DNA of 64,000 bases from Malacoraja senta. Lineage: Eukaryota. Below, in pieces: positions 49,737 to 63,154 of this stretch (position 1 is its first letter; each line of letters opens with the position of its first letter). The translations under genes and the position numbers were made by a program. The stretch covers positions 8,372,001 through 8,436,000 of the forward strand of contig CM075990.1 in NCBI GenBank assembly GCA_038087875.1, written 5' to 3'. The notes under the pieces are model-generated. The model saw nothing but the letters and a program-made list of their open reading frames with translations. It was not told the DNA's origin and searched no databases.

Positions 49737-50063
49737 GGGGCGGCACTGTGGAGCAGCGGTAGAGTTGCTGCCTTACAGTGCCAGAGACCCGGGTTCAATC
49801 CTGACTACGGCTGCTGTCCGTATGGAGTTTGTATGTTCTCCCCGTGACCTGTGTGGATTTTCTCTGGGAGCTCCAGTTTCCTCCCACACTCCAATGACGT
49901 ACAGGTTTGTAGGTTAATTGGCTTGGTAAAATTGAAAAATTGAAACATTTCCCTGGTGTGTGTGTGTGTGTAGGATAGTGTTAGTGTGTGGGGGTCGCTG
50001 GTCAGCACGGACTCGGCGGGCCGAAGGGCCTGTTTCCGCGTTGTATCTCTGAACTAAACTAAA
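49737..50063 (+). mobile_element. HE1-like SINE, full length
   Basis: Family match. Confidence 0.9.
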
Positions 50064-51033
50064 CCTGAAAAGTTGACTCTTTTACTATCTCCACAGATGC
50101 TTACTGACCTGCTGAGCATCTCTTTATTTGTGTATGAAGTACCTGGTGGCATTTTGAGAGACATGAACTGGTGCTGTGTAACTACAAATTGCACCAGTTC
50201 TTCCACTTAGAAACGTACGGTTGATCTTGGAGCAGCCAGCTGCTCGCTACGTAACTGGCCAGAGGATTGGGGCTCCTGAATGCAGCTTCTTTCTCGGCTG
50301 TTCCGTGATCCCAGACACTTGCGCTGTGCTTTTGGACTTCTCAGGGAGTCCATTGTGTGTTCCCGTCACAGTTCCTCAGATACCCCAGTGCCTGGGTTGG
50401 GAAGACTGGCTGCTGAGCACGGCATCGTTCCAGGGTTTTCGGTCGGAAAAGAAAAACAATGAGTACAAATTAATTTCCCGCGACAACACACTGTATATAT
50501 TAAAAACTACCATGGTTTAAGTTTATTATTGTCAGGTGTACTGAGGTACAGTGAAAAGCTTTGTTTAGTCTGCTATCTAATCAGATCGGATAATACTATA
50601 CATAAACACAATTTAATCAAACTCAAGTGTAATGTTCATAAGAAATAGGAGCAGAATTAGGCTATTCTACCCATGAAGTCTACTCTGCCATTCAATCATG
50701 GCTGATCTATCTCTCCCCCCTAACCCCATTCTCCTGCCTTCACCCCATAACCCCTGACACCCGTACTAATCAAGAATCTATCTACAGTATATCTGCCATA
50801 AAAATATCCATTGATTTGGCCTCCGCAGCCTTTTATTGCAATGAATTCCATGACTAGATAGTGTGAAGAGGGAGATACAGAGTGCAGACTACAGTTCTCA
50901 GCAATATAGTGCCCCAGTTCTGGACACAAAGTCCAATGACCACAATGGAGGAGAGGTGAATCGAACTGTACCCCGGCTTATGGAAGGACCGTGCAGAACT
51001 CAGATAACTGAGGGGAAGAAGCTGCCTCTGTAA

Positions 51034-51627
51034 AATGTCATGCTGAGGCTCTATAAGTCACTGGTCAGGCCGTGTTTGGAATATTGTGAGCGATTTTGGG
51101 CACCATATCTGAGGAAGGATGTGCTGGCTCTGGAGAAGGTCCAGAGGAGGTTTACTAGAATGATCCCAGGAATGAGTAGGTTAACAGATGATGAGCTTTT
51201 GACGGCACTGGACCTGTATTCGCATGGGGTTTAGAAGAATGAGGGGGGACCTCTTTGAAACGTGCAGAATAGTGAAAGGCTTAGATAGAGTGGATGTGGA
51301 GAGGATGTTTCCACGAGAGGGAGAGTCTAGGATTAGAGGTCATGGCCTCAGAATTAAAGGAAGTTCTTTTAGGAAGGAGATGAGGATGAATTTCCTTAGT
51401 CAGAGGGTGGTGAATCTGTGGAATTCTTTGCCACAGAAGGCTGTGGAGGCCAAGTCAGTGAATATAATTACGGCAGAGATAGATAGATTCTTGCTTAGTA
51501 CAGGTGTCAGGGGTTACGGGCAGAAGGCAGGAGAATGGGATTAGGAGGGAGAGATAGATCAGCCATGATTGAATGGCGGAGTAGACTTGATGGCCTAATT
51601 CTGCTCTTATCACTTCTGATCTTATGC
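51034..51627 (+). mobile_element. CR1 LINE 3' end (frameshifted)
   Basis: MLRLYKSLVRPCLEYC...VQRRFTRMIPG / RRMRGDLFETC...QRVVNLWNSLPQ. Confidence 0.9.
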
Positions 51628-52335
51628 CTTTAAGAAATGTATTGCAATAAATTCCATCTGGTACAATATATCTTTATTCGTCTGAAACCCTTTTTCCAAA
51701 CAGCCAAGTGTCATAAAGCCAATAGTGATCCCTTGTGGAATGAGTGTGCAGGGGCCTGTCCTTTACTATGGTGTCTCTGACGAAAGGCATCAACTCTTGT
51801 TTCTCTTCCACAGATGCTGCCTGACCTTGCGGAGTATTTCTGTGATTTCCTGATTATATTCATTACAATTGGCAGGGACTATCGGGGTTGGAGATTTATT
51901 TTACTTTTTGTAAGGAATCAGAATTCACTCTAAAAATATCAGTTTAACCAAGTGACGCGAAACAGAGGAATTGCAAAATGTGGCATGTTTCAGAAGTAAT
52001 ATTCAGCTGTAGTTAATAATGCATGCACCATTACATCAAATATTTATAACCTCCCTACATTTCAACATTTACAGAGTGTTGAAATATTGTTAATTAGTAG
52101 TTGCAATAGATTCTTATTAAATTTACGTAAATTATTAACAGTCTAGCTCTAAAATGCTTTAGTATTAGGTATCGTGGAGTTTCAGGAAATAACAAGCCTT
52201 TTTTAGTGCTGAATATAGTTTTGATCAATAAGGCCAGAAGAGTTCACTCTTGAAGTCACACAGCATGGACACAGGCCCTTCAGCCCATAAAGTCCATGCC
52301 ATTCAACAAGCACCTTCTTAGACTAATCCCGTTCT

Positions 52336-52635
52336 ATTTAGTTTAGTTTACAGATACAGCTTGGAAAGGGGCCCTCTTTCCCACCGAGTCTGTGCCGACC
52401 AGCGATCCCCATACTCTTGTTCTATCCCACACCTTAGGGATGATTTACAAAAGCCAATTAACCTATCAATCTGCACGTTTTTGGAATGTGAGACGAAACG
52501 GGAACACACCTGACCCACGCGGTCACAGAGAATGAATGTCCAAACACCGTACAGAAAAGCACCCATAGTCAGGATCGAACCCGGGTCTGTAGCGACAGAA
52601 GGCAGCTACTTTACGGCTATGCCACTCTGTCACCC
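52336..52635 (-). mobile_element. HE1-like SINE nested in an older SINE (52255-52875)
   Basis: Family match; older copy on both sides. Confidence 0.75.
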
Positions 52636-53759
52636 CAAATATTCTCTCCGCGTTCCTGTCCATTTCCCCCCTCATTCTACCAGTCATCTACAGACTGGGG
52701 GGTCAATTTACAATGGCCAATTAACCTAATAAGCCCGATGTCTTTGGAATGTGGGAAGAAACTGGAGCATCCAGGGGATATCCCTGCAGTTGTATGGAGA
52801 ACATGCAAATTCCACGGAGACAGCACTGGAGATGCAAGGCAGTAGCTCTACCTGCGATACCACTGTGCTGTCCTCAGGCTTATTTGAAAATCGTCATGCT
52901 TCCAGGGCAGCCACGTTCCATAATAGTGAGCAGCTGTCATCCATAGATCAACCATGATTGAATGGCGGAGTAGACCTGTTGGACCGAGTGGCCTAATTAT
53001 GCCCCTATAACTTGTGATCTCATGAACATTTCCTGCTTCCAAAAGAAATGTTGATAGGATGCTAAACTGTCTTAAACCTTGGGAGATAATTGAAGACCTT
53101 TGTAGCAGGTCGGCACTCTGGAGACGAGGCAGAAGTCCCGGACTTTGGAGAGTTGTTTGTCCTTCCCGCAATCACGGAGGGAGCAGCAACTTCCCAGATT
53201 CCCAACACCGGAAATACCTGCTGGCTGAGTTGCACCAGGTCCTCCTGGCACAGGTCTTACAAGTCCAATTAATTTCACTTGTAAAACTCCTGCACAGGGA
53301 AGTGTATATGTAAGGTGATTATCTTTTTTCACATTTAATTAGGTTGCTTCAAATATATTTCATTGTTTTTAATTATTTCCAAGTTTTTAATTGGTTCTTG
53401 TGCCTTATTAAAGTGTTTCAAGTGAATTTCGAACTGCATTTGTCAAAGACAGTCAACATCCTAGGCAACATTGACATCCAGGTTATTTGGACCTGAAAGC
53501 TGCTTCTCGGGCTGAGCAAGGCCCCAATACCATACCAGCCTGACCCATCAGCTGGCACTGCTATTCTGGGGCAGGATGTGACTGGTGAACAAGGTGGCTG
53601 CCAGTATAGAGAGATTCCATGCACATGACCTTACAAGATGCAGCACATTGCCAGCAGCAGTGTTGTCACTTGCTCTTCCATTTGTCCTGTCTTCAACTAA
53701 TACGGGTGTCAGGGGTTATGGGGAGAAGGCAGGAGAATGGGGTCAAGAGGGGAAGGTAG

Positions 53760-54517
53760 ATGGTGGCCGATTAGGAAATGGGGAGATGCAGCGAGACCTG
53801 GGTGTCATGGTACACCAGTCATTGAAAGTAGGCATGCAGGTGCAGCAGGCAGTGAAGAAAGCGAATGGTATGTTAGCTTTCATAGCAAAAGGATTTGAGT
53901 ATAGGAGGAGGGAGGTTCTACAGCAGTTGTACAGGGTCTTGGTGAGACCACACCTGGAGTATTGCGTACAGTTTCGGTCTCCAAATCTGAGGAAGGACAT
54001 TATAGCCATAGAGGGAGTGCAGAGAAGGTTCACCAGACTGATTCCTGGGATGTCAGGACTTTCATATGAAGAAAGACTGGATAGACTTGGCTTATACTCG
54101 CTAGAATTTAGGAGATTGAGAGGGGATCTTATAGAAACGTACAAAATTCTTATGGGGTTGGACAGGCTAGATGCAGGAAGATTGTTCCCGATGTTGGGGA
54201 AGTCCAGGACAAGGGGTCACAGCTTAAGGATAAGGGGGAAATCCTTTAAGACCGAGATGAGGAAAAACTTTTTCACACAGAGAGTGGTGAATCTCTGGAA
54301 CTCTCTGCCACAGAGGGTAGTTGAGGCCAGTTCATTGGCTATATTTAAGAGGGAGTTAGATGTGGCCCTTGTGGCTAAGGGGATCAGGGGGTCTGGAGAG
54401 AAGGCAGGTACGGGATACTGAGTTGGATGATCAGCCATGATCATATTGAATGGCGGTGCAGGCTCGAAGGGCCGAATGGCCTACTCCTGCACCTATTTTC
54501 TATGTATCTATGTATCT
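53760..54517 (+). mobile_element. Young 5'-truncated CR1 LINE nested in another CR1 tail
   Basis: ~98% identical to 45600-46357; host tail GGAAGGTAGA...TAGATCAGCCATG resumes. Confidence 0.93.
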
Positions 54518-54980
54518 AGATCAGCCATGATTGAATGGCGGAGTAGACTTGATGGACCGAATGGTCTAATTCTGCTCCTATCACATGAATTTGTGAATAG
54601 CATAGATAGGAGATGGTGATACATGGATCTACAAGTACTAAAGTCTTGAGCAGAGCACAAAATGCCATGTTATTCAGCAGGTCAGGCAGCATCTGTAGAG
54701 GAAATAAAAAGGCAACGTTTCTGGTCAGACCCCTTTTCAGACAGGAGGTGCATTACTTTCCCTAAAAGACCTTGGATCCAATGACTGAACAAGATACAGG
54801 TGTGCTTATGAACCCATCCACTTTGGAGTTAGATTTGCTGATTTATTTTTGTACAAACACTAGACATGGACGTCACTGGCAACTTATTCACCATTTCTCT
54901 TGGACTGGGGAGATAGTTAAGAGGTAGCTAACACCTGGGCAGTATTGGGTAAGAATGGCAGATATCTTTCCCTGAAGGAA

Positions 54981-55288
54981 GACACAAAATGCTGGAGTAA
55001 CTCAGCGGGCCAGGCAGCTTCTCTGGATAGAAGGAATGGGTGATGTTTCGGGTCAAGATCCTTCTTCAGACTGAGCGTCAGGGGAGAGAGAGTTACAGAG
55101 ATAAGGAAGCGTAAGAGATCAAAAGAGATGCAGATCAAGGAAAATGTAGAATAGATCGTTGTTAGCTGGGAGAAGCTGACAACAAAGCAAACAGAGGTAC
55201 AATGTAATCAGGGGGACAGTCAGACTGGTCGGAGAACTGGGCAGAGGGAGGGATGGCAAGAGAGGGAAAGCAAGGGTTACTTGAAGTT
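54981..55288 (-). mobile_element. Penelope-like element 3' end: ORF stop, 3' UTR, hammerhead motif
   Basis: On minus: AACTTCAAGTAA (NFK-stop), a pyrimidine-rich UTR, then CTGAAGAAGGATCTTGACCCGAAACATC. Confidence 0.65.
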
Positions 55289-58200
55289 AACATTAGTGAA
55301 CCAGGTGGGTTATTTTTTATTTCAATCATCTGGTAATTTTCTGGCTTCTGTGATTGATATGTGCCTTTTTTAAAAAAAAACTTAAATTGCATACTTTATG
55401 CGTTTACTTGAATTTAAATTCTTCAGCTGCCATGGTAGGATTTGAATTCATATTACTTTGGATCGATGTGTCAGAACTCTGGCTGCTGGCCCAGTAACTA
55501 TCCTGTTGCATCCCATTGTTGTGTGCAGGAGTTGCCCATTGTGTACAAGGACGTTTTATGGAGATGAACGTCCCGATGTTAGAGAAGGTTTATAACAATA
55601 ACAGGGGATGTCAAACTACAGTGGTCCTCTGAGGAAAGGTGTGCATGACAGGGTGAACCACACACAATAGTTCACGGAAGATAGACGCAAAATGCTGGAG
55701 TAACTCAGCGGGACAGGCAGCATCTCTGGAGAGAAGGATTGGCTTACGTTTCGGCTCGAGACCCTTCTTGGTCTGTGAGTGAGAAATGTTATTTCTCAGA
55801 CCAATGAAGTTGAACATTAGTCTGTAGAAGAGTCCCGACCCAAAACACCTTCTATCCATGTTCTCCTGAGATGCTGCTCGACCCGCTGGGCTACTCAAGC
55901 ACTATGTGTCTTCAGGTTGAAATGGAGCAAGTGGCTATATATACTGTTGCCATCTTTTGGTGGGTTTCCTTCCAAAGCAATTGGCCATGCCGTATCTCGG
56001 GGAAGAACGTTGACTGAGAGAGAGTGAACACTGCACTGTTGGGTTGAGAGTATTGTATTTTCTCCGACAATATTCCGCTGTTGGCCTTGGAATCATCTGA
56101 AATACTTTAACCAGTTCGCGAGCCCCAGCATCGCCGGCTGCTGGTGCAGTTCATTTGTAGTCACAGCCTGCACAAGTGAAAGGAATGACTTCCTCCCATG
56201 TGCACAGTACAGAGCGTCAGATCTCCCCGTGTCCCCAAGCCTCCTTAACACACAGCCTTCACGTCGAAGGGAAGGTTTCAACCACCCCAGATTACGTTGA
56301 TTAAGAATGATTTTGATCACCTGCAGTAAATCAATACAGACATCGGCCAATTAAAGGAAAGACAATTATGGTCAGATGTGGCTCGGAGAACTTGCGATCT
56401 ATCTTAGTTTCAATTACTAGCCGGGGATGGTCATTGATCAAGGCTGCGGCCTCCAATGCTCATTAACTCGCACAGTGTTTTGCATCCTTTAAGTCGGCTT
56501 ATTGCAAGGGAGTGACGGTTACTTGCAATTACTGGTGGCTTGTTGAAGGGTGATAAAGCAGAGCCGCAATGGACCTAGGCAGTTGTTTGTCATTGTGTAT
56601 TTGTTTGGATCTTAGGCAGCAGTGAGGTTAACACAGCTCTGCATCTATCTACCTTTTTATTTAATGGTCCCAGTGGTTTTTCTCTGCATTGGTGAAAAAT
56701 AATTGTGCTTCCATGAGCAGAGGGCGAACACTGGGTGTAAATCCTCATTTCCACCCCCCCCCCCCCCCCCTCTATGATCTCACTCCAGGATGCCTGTCAC
56801 AGGGACTGAGCCTGTGTTTCAATAGATGCTGAAATTTGAAAGACATCAGATGCTGGAAGTCTGAAATAAATCCTGAAAATTCAGTTAGACTTAAGACTTT
56901 CAGACTTTAGGGATACAGCGGGGAAACAGGCCCTTCTACCCACCAAGTCTGCGCCAACCAACGATTGTCCCGTACACTAACACTTTGCTACAAACTAGGG
57001 ACAATTTACGATTTTACTGAAGCCAATTAATCTGCAAACCAGTACGTCTTTGGAGTGTGGGAGGAAACCGGAGTACCCGGAGGAAGCCCTGTCAGGATCC
57101 CAGCCATCTCTTCCACCCACCCCCCCACCCCAAAAAAAACAAGTGCTGGTGTAACTTTGCAGATCAAACACTTCTTCAGAGTCTGAAGAAGGGTTCTGAC
57201 CCAAAATGGCACCTATCCATGTTACGCCTGACCTGCTGAGTTACACTGGCACTTTGTGTCTTTTTTTGTAAACCAGCATCTGCAGTTCCCAGAACCTCTT
57301 CCCTACTTCCCTTCACAATTAGTGAGCCTTAAAAGTGGTGGGAGAAATGAGGGATTTCGTGGCCATGTGTGAGAGAATAAGTATGAGGGAAATAAGGGAA
57401 AAATGTGAGCTAGCAGAGGCAACGGGCTGAATGGTCTTCAGTGTTGTAAGGCAATATGAACTTGGTGCTGGCTCCAAACAAGAGATTAGGTTTTCCTTAA
57501 CATGACATTGCACAAGGAATGACATCTCTAGCAGAGATGAATAGATTTTTAGATATTACGGGAATGAAGGGAAAGGGCAGGAAAGTAATGCTGAGGTGAA
57601 TAAATGTTGCAAAAATGACCCTGAAACCATTGCTATCGCATTTAACTGGAAATAATCGATTGTTAATGGTTCAACACTGAAGCAAACAGCCGTACATTGA
57701 ACCTGTAGGCCTGTATATTTGCAGTACGAGTGGGAATGAAATTATAAAAAGGTGGTCAAAACAATCTAACTGCTCTGAGAGTCAATGTATTAAGTTAGAC
57801 TGAAAACAAGTTTATTTCAGGGTGATGTTTTGGCTTAAATTTCTGGAGGAAATGCAGCTCTGCCTTCAAGGTCTGGAGCTAAGAGATGAGATGTGGCCTG
57901 TGCAGAGGCGATGTTTATGAAAGACTCACATGGTGATACAAACTGCTTCTGTGTGTGGTTTCTGACCAGCACTTTGATGGGGCGGTGAGAGTATGTGCTC
58001 GTGTCTGATTCACTTCAGCATCATTCTCCTGTACCAACCCTTTGCATTCCCTTCACATCCTATCCCTGGCCTGCATCTGTCCACTGGTTCAGCCTCCACA
58101 GCCCTCTTGGACAGAGAGTTCCACTGATTCATTCACCTCTGAGGGAAAGAAATACTTACTGTATTTCAGTCTTGAATTCTGACATGCAGCCATCTTTGCA

Positions 58201-58451
58201 GCATCTGTCCAGGGCAAACATTATTCCTATATCTAGCCCATCAGGCACAATGAGAATTTGTCTCCCCCTGTCATTGAGATCACCAGTCATTCTTCCAAAC
58301 TCAAGAGAGTATAGTCCTTCTCAAGGAGGGTCCTGAAAAGGAAAACACCTTTTACAGAATGTTCAAGTGACCAGGGCTATGGGGATATAGGAACTGACCA
58401 GTCATCAGCCTGGCCAGAAGCACATATCAATGTGACTGCTATAAACAGAGG

Positions 58452-58890
58452 TTTAGTTTAGAGATAGAGCGAGGGAACAGGCCCTACCGAGTCCGCACAT
58501 TAACACTATCCTGCACTAGTGAGGAGGTGCCTGGTAGACTCATTGTGGTGGATGTTAAACTGTGTTCATTGTGTGTTCGGTTATTTTATTCTCTGTCATG
58601 ACTGCAAGGCATGTAATTTTGTTCAAACCAAAAGTTTGAATGACAATAAAGGATACTTTATAGTTTATACTTATACTTTATAGGAACCATTTTTACATAT
58701 ATACCAAGCCAGTGAACCTACAAACCTGTACGTCTTTGGTGTGTGGGAGGAAACCGAAAATCTCAGAGAAAACCAACGCGGTCACGGGGAAAACGTACAA
58801 ACTCTGTGCAGACAAGCACCCATGGTCGAGATCGAACCCGGGTCTCTGGCGCTGTAAGGCAGCAACTCTACCGCTGCGCCACCGTGCCGC
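58452..58890 (-). mobile_element. HE1-like SINE interrupted by a + strand retroposon tail (58517-58682)
   Basis: SINE halves flank an insert ending AATAAA + (TATACTT)n. Confidence 0.75.
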
Positions 58891-59059
58891 CCGTGGTGAA
58901 TTGTCTGCACAATAACAGGTCTCCCTCCAAAGGTGGATTTGGTGTCAGGTGTTGGCTTGTGGCTTTCACCCCGTACAGAAGTGGGGGCCAGGACCTTGCA
59001 CGTAAAAGCAGTGAAAGTTAGGCTTTCTCACCGTTCGAAATGATTCAACGCGGAAGCAC

Positions 59060-59200
59060 GTACATACACAAACCCCCCTCTCTCTTCCTCAAACACACTC
59101 GCATACATCCTCACATTCACCCTCTCACACACATAGACTCAGTCAGGCAGACACATGCTCACACATACTCACTCTCTCTCACATACTTACAAACTTACTA

Positions 59201-59239
<39 letters not shown>

Positions 59240-59560
59240 CACATTCATTTACTTCCACACTTCCACAAAAGCGTTCCACGCAAACTTTCTCACACACTTT
59301 CATATTCAAGTTCTCTCACAAGTACTCATGCGCAAATTCTCTTGCACATTTTCTCACTCATGCACTAACTCACTCACACACATGCTTAAAATCCCTCTCC
59401 CCCTCTTCCCCACTCCCACTCTTCCCCTCCATCTCCATCCGTCTCTCCCCCTCCCCATCTGCCCCCTCTCCCTCTCTCTCTCCCTCACCCTGTCTCTCAC
59501 CCCCTCTCTCTCCCACTCTCTCCCACTCTCACACACACACGCTCACATAAACGCACACGG
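59060..59560. repeat. CA/CT-rich low-complexity region with (CA)n
   Basis: Direct reading. Confidence 0.9.
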
Positions 59561-61067
59561 CACTCCAACAAGACCTGCTGTGTTGAAAAAGACTCATGAG
59601 AATCTCTGTCAATCAAACCTTAACTCACAACCAAATTTTGATCAGAGCTTCTGATAGATTCATGCAGTGACCTCACCAAGCATCATTTCAACTCATTAGT
59701 GGCAACTACTTTAGTGAATTAAACGAGTGTCTCTTTGTATTAGAACGAGGTGGTTTATTTTATAGGAAGAGTAAGGAGACTTCCTGCTGCTTGAATACCG
59801 AGTTTAAATTGGGCAGAGGAGCAAAGAAAAACGTGGAAAGTACAGATCCTCACATCATTAAAGGTACCAGAGCAAGTTAATGAGGCCTTCAGAACACAAA
59901 CTAAGCTGCAAGGATCACAGACAGAAGGATAGAATTGAGAAGCTAAGAGCTTATGAACAATCCATGCTTCGACTGCTTCGATATTATTTATAAAAATGGC
60001 ACGGAGGAAATGGACAATATAAAACAAAAAGTAGATAGATTCACAAGAAGTGAGAGTTTATATTCAGAGTAAAAACATTCATAGTCTCTGGTTCCTTTAG
60101 ACGTCTAAAACCTGACTGACACCCTTTTAGACAATCACAGAGTCGATCTCGCGGAGGAGAAGACGTTTCCGTTTGTGGGGGCTCTAAAACTGGAGATGAC
60201 AAACGGAAATAGTCACTAATACACCCAATTGGGAATATCCAGCAGAGGTTGAATCAGAGGTGGGCTGACGTGCACAAATATAGACGACAGCTCTTTACCT
60301 AGAGATTAATTAGAGAGGGAAACTCACTGCCTCGATGAGCAGTTATGCAAAATAACATTGGAATGAGGGGGCTGCAGAGTCGTTGAATATTTTTTTAAAG
60401 CACAGGTGTATAAATAAATGTTATCACAGGTAGCTGTGAAAGGGGAATTGATACTAAAATTGAATCAGCCATCAGTTTGTTACATGGCAGAACAGTTTGG
60501 GTGGGTAATATGGCTAACACTGTTCGTATGTATGTTTGTGAGCTCTTGTGGAAGCCAGCTACATTTATTGAAGGGGGAAGGAATGGGTGGATACATTGAT
60601 CATTTTTGATTAAGGGGTGGCTCGGATGGAGCAGTAACAAGTTGCTTTTATGCATCCTAATTTCTAATTTCTAACAATTAATTTCTTTAATTAGAATTAG
60701 AATCTAATATCTTTCCCAGTTGGACCACAACCACAATCTCTCTACTCTGTCCCAGCTCCAATGCCCAGACCTCTCTACACGAATTCCACAAACACAAATA
60801 TATACAACACACATCCTTACAAACTCACCTGTACACTTACACTCCCTGTATCAATCATGCACGCTTGTTCACCGCCCACCATGAATGAATGAATCACTCA
60901 GGGACCTCATGTGAATGCACGCACACGCACACACCCACACACGCACGCACACACCCACACACATTATCAGTCACATCCCTACATTATAGATATATCACAA
61001 TCCCATTCACATACACACGATGCACACTCATGTAAACACACACACATTCATAATTCCTGAATCTTAG

Positions 61068-61452
61068 AATCCTAGAAACATAGAAAATAGGTGCAGGAGT
61101 ATCCATTCGGCACATCAAGCCAGCACCGCCATTCAATATGATCATGGTTGATCATCCAAAATCAGTACCCCATTCCTGCTTTCTCCCCATATCTCTTGAT
61201 TCCATTAGCCCTTAGAGTTATATATAACTCTCTCTTGAAAACATCCAGTGAATTGGCCTCCACTGCCTTCTGTGGCAGAAGAATGGTCTCGTCCCGAAAC
61301 GTCACCCATTCCTTCTCTCCAGAGATGCTGCCTGTCCCGCTGAGATACTCCAACTTTTTGTGTCTATCTTCGGTGTACACCAGCATCTGCAGTTCCTTCC
61401 TACACATTCCACAGATTCACGTATCTCTGGATGGAAACGTTTTTCCTCACAT
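61068..61452 (-). mobile_element. CR1 3' tail with a + strand hammerhead-repeat arm inserted (61280-61405)
   Basis: Host TGTGGCAGA...ATTCCACAGATTCAC resumes after the insert. Confidence 0.8.
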
Positions 61453-62232
61453 CAGTGGCATGCCCTGTATATACAAGACATAAATCTCATATACACCCGT
61501 ATGTTTCTTCATTCACGTGTTCACAGAAAATTGACTTACTGGCAACACCAGCATTTATTGTCTAAAGTGCCCTAAACAAAGATGTTGGTGAAGTCCAGCA
61601 ATGCAATGTTTTGCTTTTCTGTTTTTATTTAAGAATCCATCATATTGATGAGTCTACTCACACATGGGCCGTACCGGGTGACGATAACATATCTTCCCCC
61701 TGATGAACATTAGTGACCAGACTGGGTATATAACAAAATGAAAGCTTCATGGCCACCATTACTGCTTTCAAAACAATTTTTTTCCTTGATTATAAATTCC
61801 GCAACTGCAGTGGTTTGAGCAGCGCCAACTCAAATTCATGTCTCTGGAACAGTGGTCCTTTGGTTTTGCACTATCATGGTCTGGTTCACTTAGAATAACT
61901 GATAATTTCTTGCATATTTATTGTTGTTGGTGCATCGAATGTGCCTGTGAAGCTGCAGCAAGTAAGAATTTCATGGTTCCGGTCGAAGTGACAAATAAAC
62001 ACTCTCGATTCTTGTTTTTTGATTCAGGTTGTTCATTCTGTAATTTAATCATTGTTCCCTGTGCAATAAAAGCGTGGTATATAAATAATAGAATACACTA
62101 ATCCCACAAGCTGTGGCTTGCCAGCACACCGATATATGAATTACACACACAGACACACACAATATATATGAATCACACCGAGTATCAGTCATACTAACAC
62201 TTAGCCTCAACCACACAACAAATACATCAAAA

Positions 62233-62234
<2 letters not shown>

Positions 62235-62320
<86 letters not shown>
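62235..62320. repeat. Perfect (AC)n microsatellite, ~43 units
   Basis: Direct reading. Confidence 0.98.
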
Positions 62321-62322
<2 letters not shown>

Positions 62323-62954
62323 TTCCAACATTGCAACAAGTACTCTTTCTTCCTCACTTTTAGCCAGGGTCGATGAGATCAAATGTGTGTGTGCAGACGC
62401 GCCCTTTAGGGTTAACTTTAAGGTGCCGCAGTGGTAGAGTTCTTGCCTCACAGCGCCAGAGCCCCGGGTTTGATCTCGACTATGGGTGCTGTCTTTACGG
62501 AGTTTGTACGTTCTCCCTGTAACCCGTGGCAGAGCCTACTAGACACCCACCGCCCTCTCTCTCTGCAAAAGAAAACTGCTCCACACATCACCTTTAAGCT
62601 TTGCTCCTCTCCAAGCTTAGCCCCCTTGCCTTTGACATCTGTACCTCGGCACACGTGACAATAAGAAACCTGAAACCTAAACTATTTTTCATTACCTTAT
62701 TATAGACAATAGACAATAGACAATAGGTGCAGGAGTAGGCCATTCAGCCCTTCGAGCCAGCACCGCCATTCAATGTGATCATGGCTGATCATCCACAATT
62801 ATTGCGTACACCTTTGGTCTCAACCCTAACGGAAGGAAGTGGTAACAATAAAGGGGGTAATGAAGGGATGCACAACACTGTTGCCTGGAATCGAGGGAGG
62901 GTGGTATTAAGAAGAGATTAGCTGAGCTGGGTTTATTCTCATCAGAGTATAAGA

Positions 62955-63154
62955 NNNNNNNNNNNNNNNNNNNNNNNNNNNNNNNNNNNNNNNNNNNNNN
63001 NNNNNNNNNNNNNNNNNNNNNNNNNNNNNNNNNNNNNNNNNNNNNNNNNNNNNNNNNNNNNNNNNNNNNNNNNNNNNNNNNNNNNNNNNNNNNNNNNNNN
63101 NNNNNNNNNNNNNNNNNNNNNNNNNNNNNNNNNNNNNNNNNNNNNNNNNNNNNN
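62955..63154. other. Assembly gap (200 N)
   Basis: Run of N. Confidence 0.99.
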
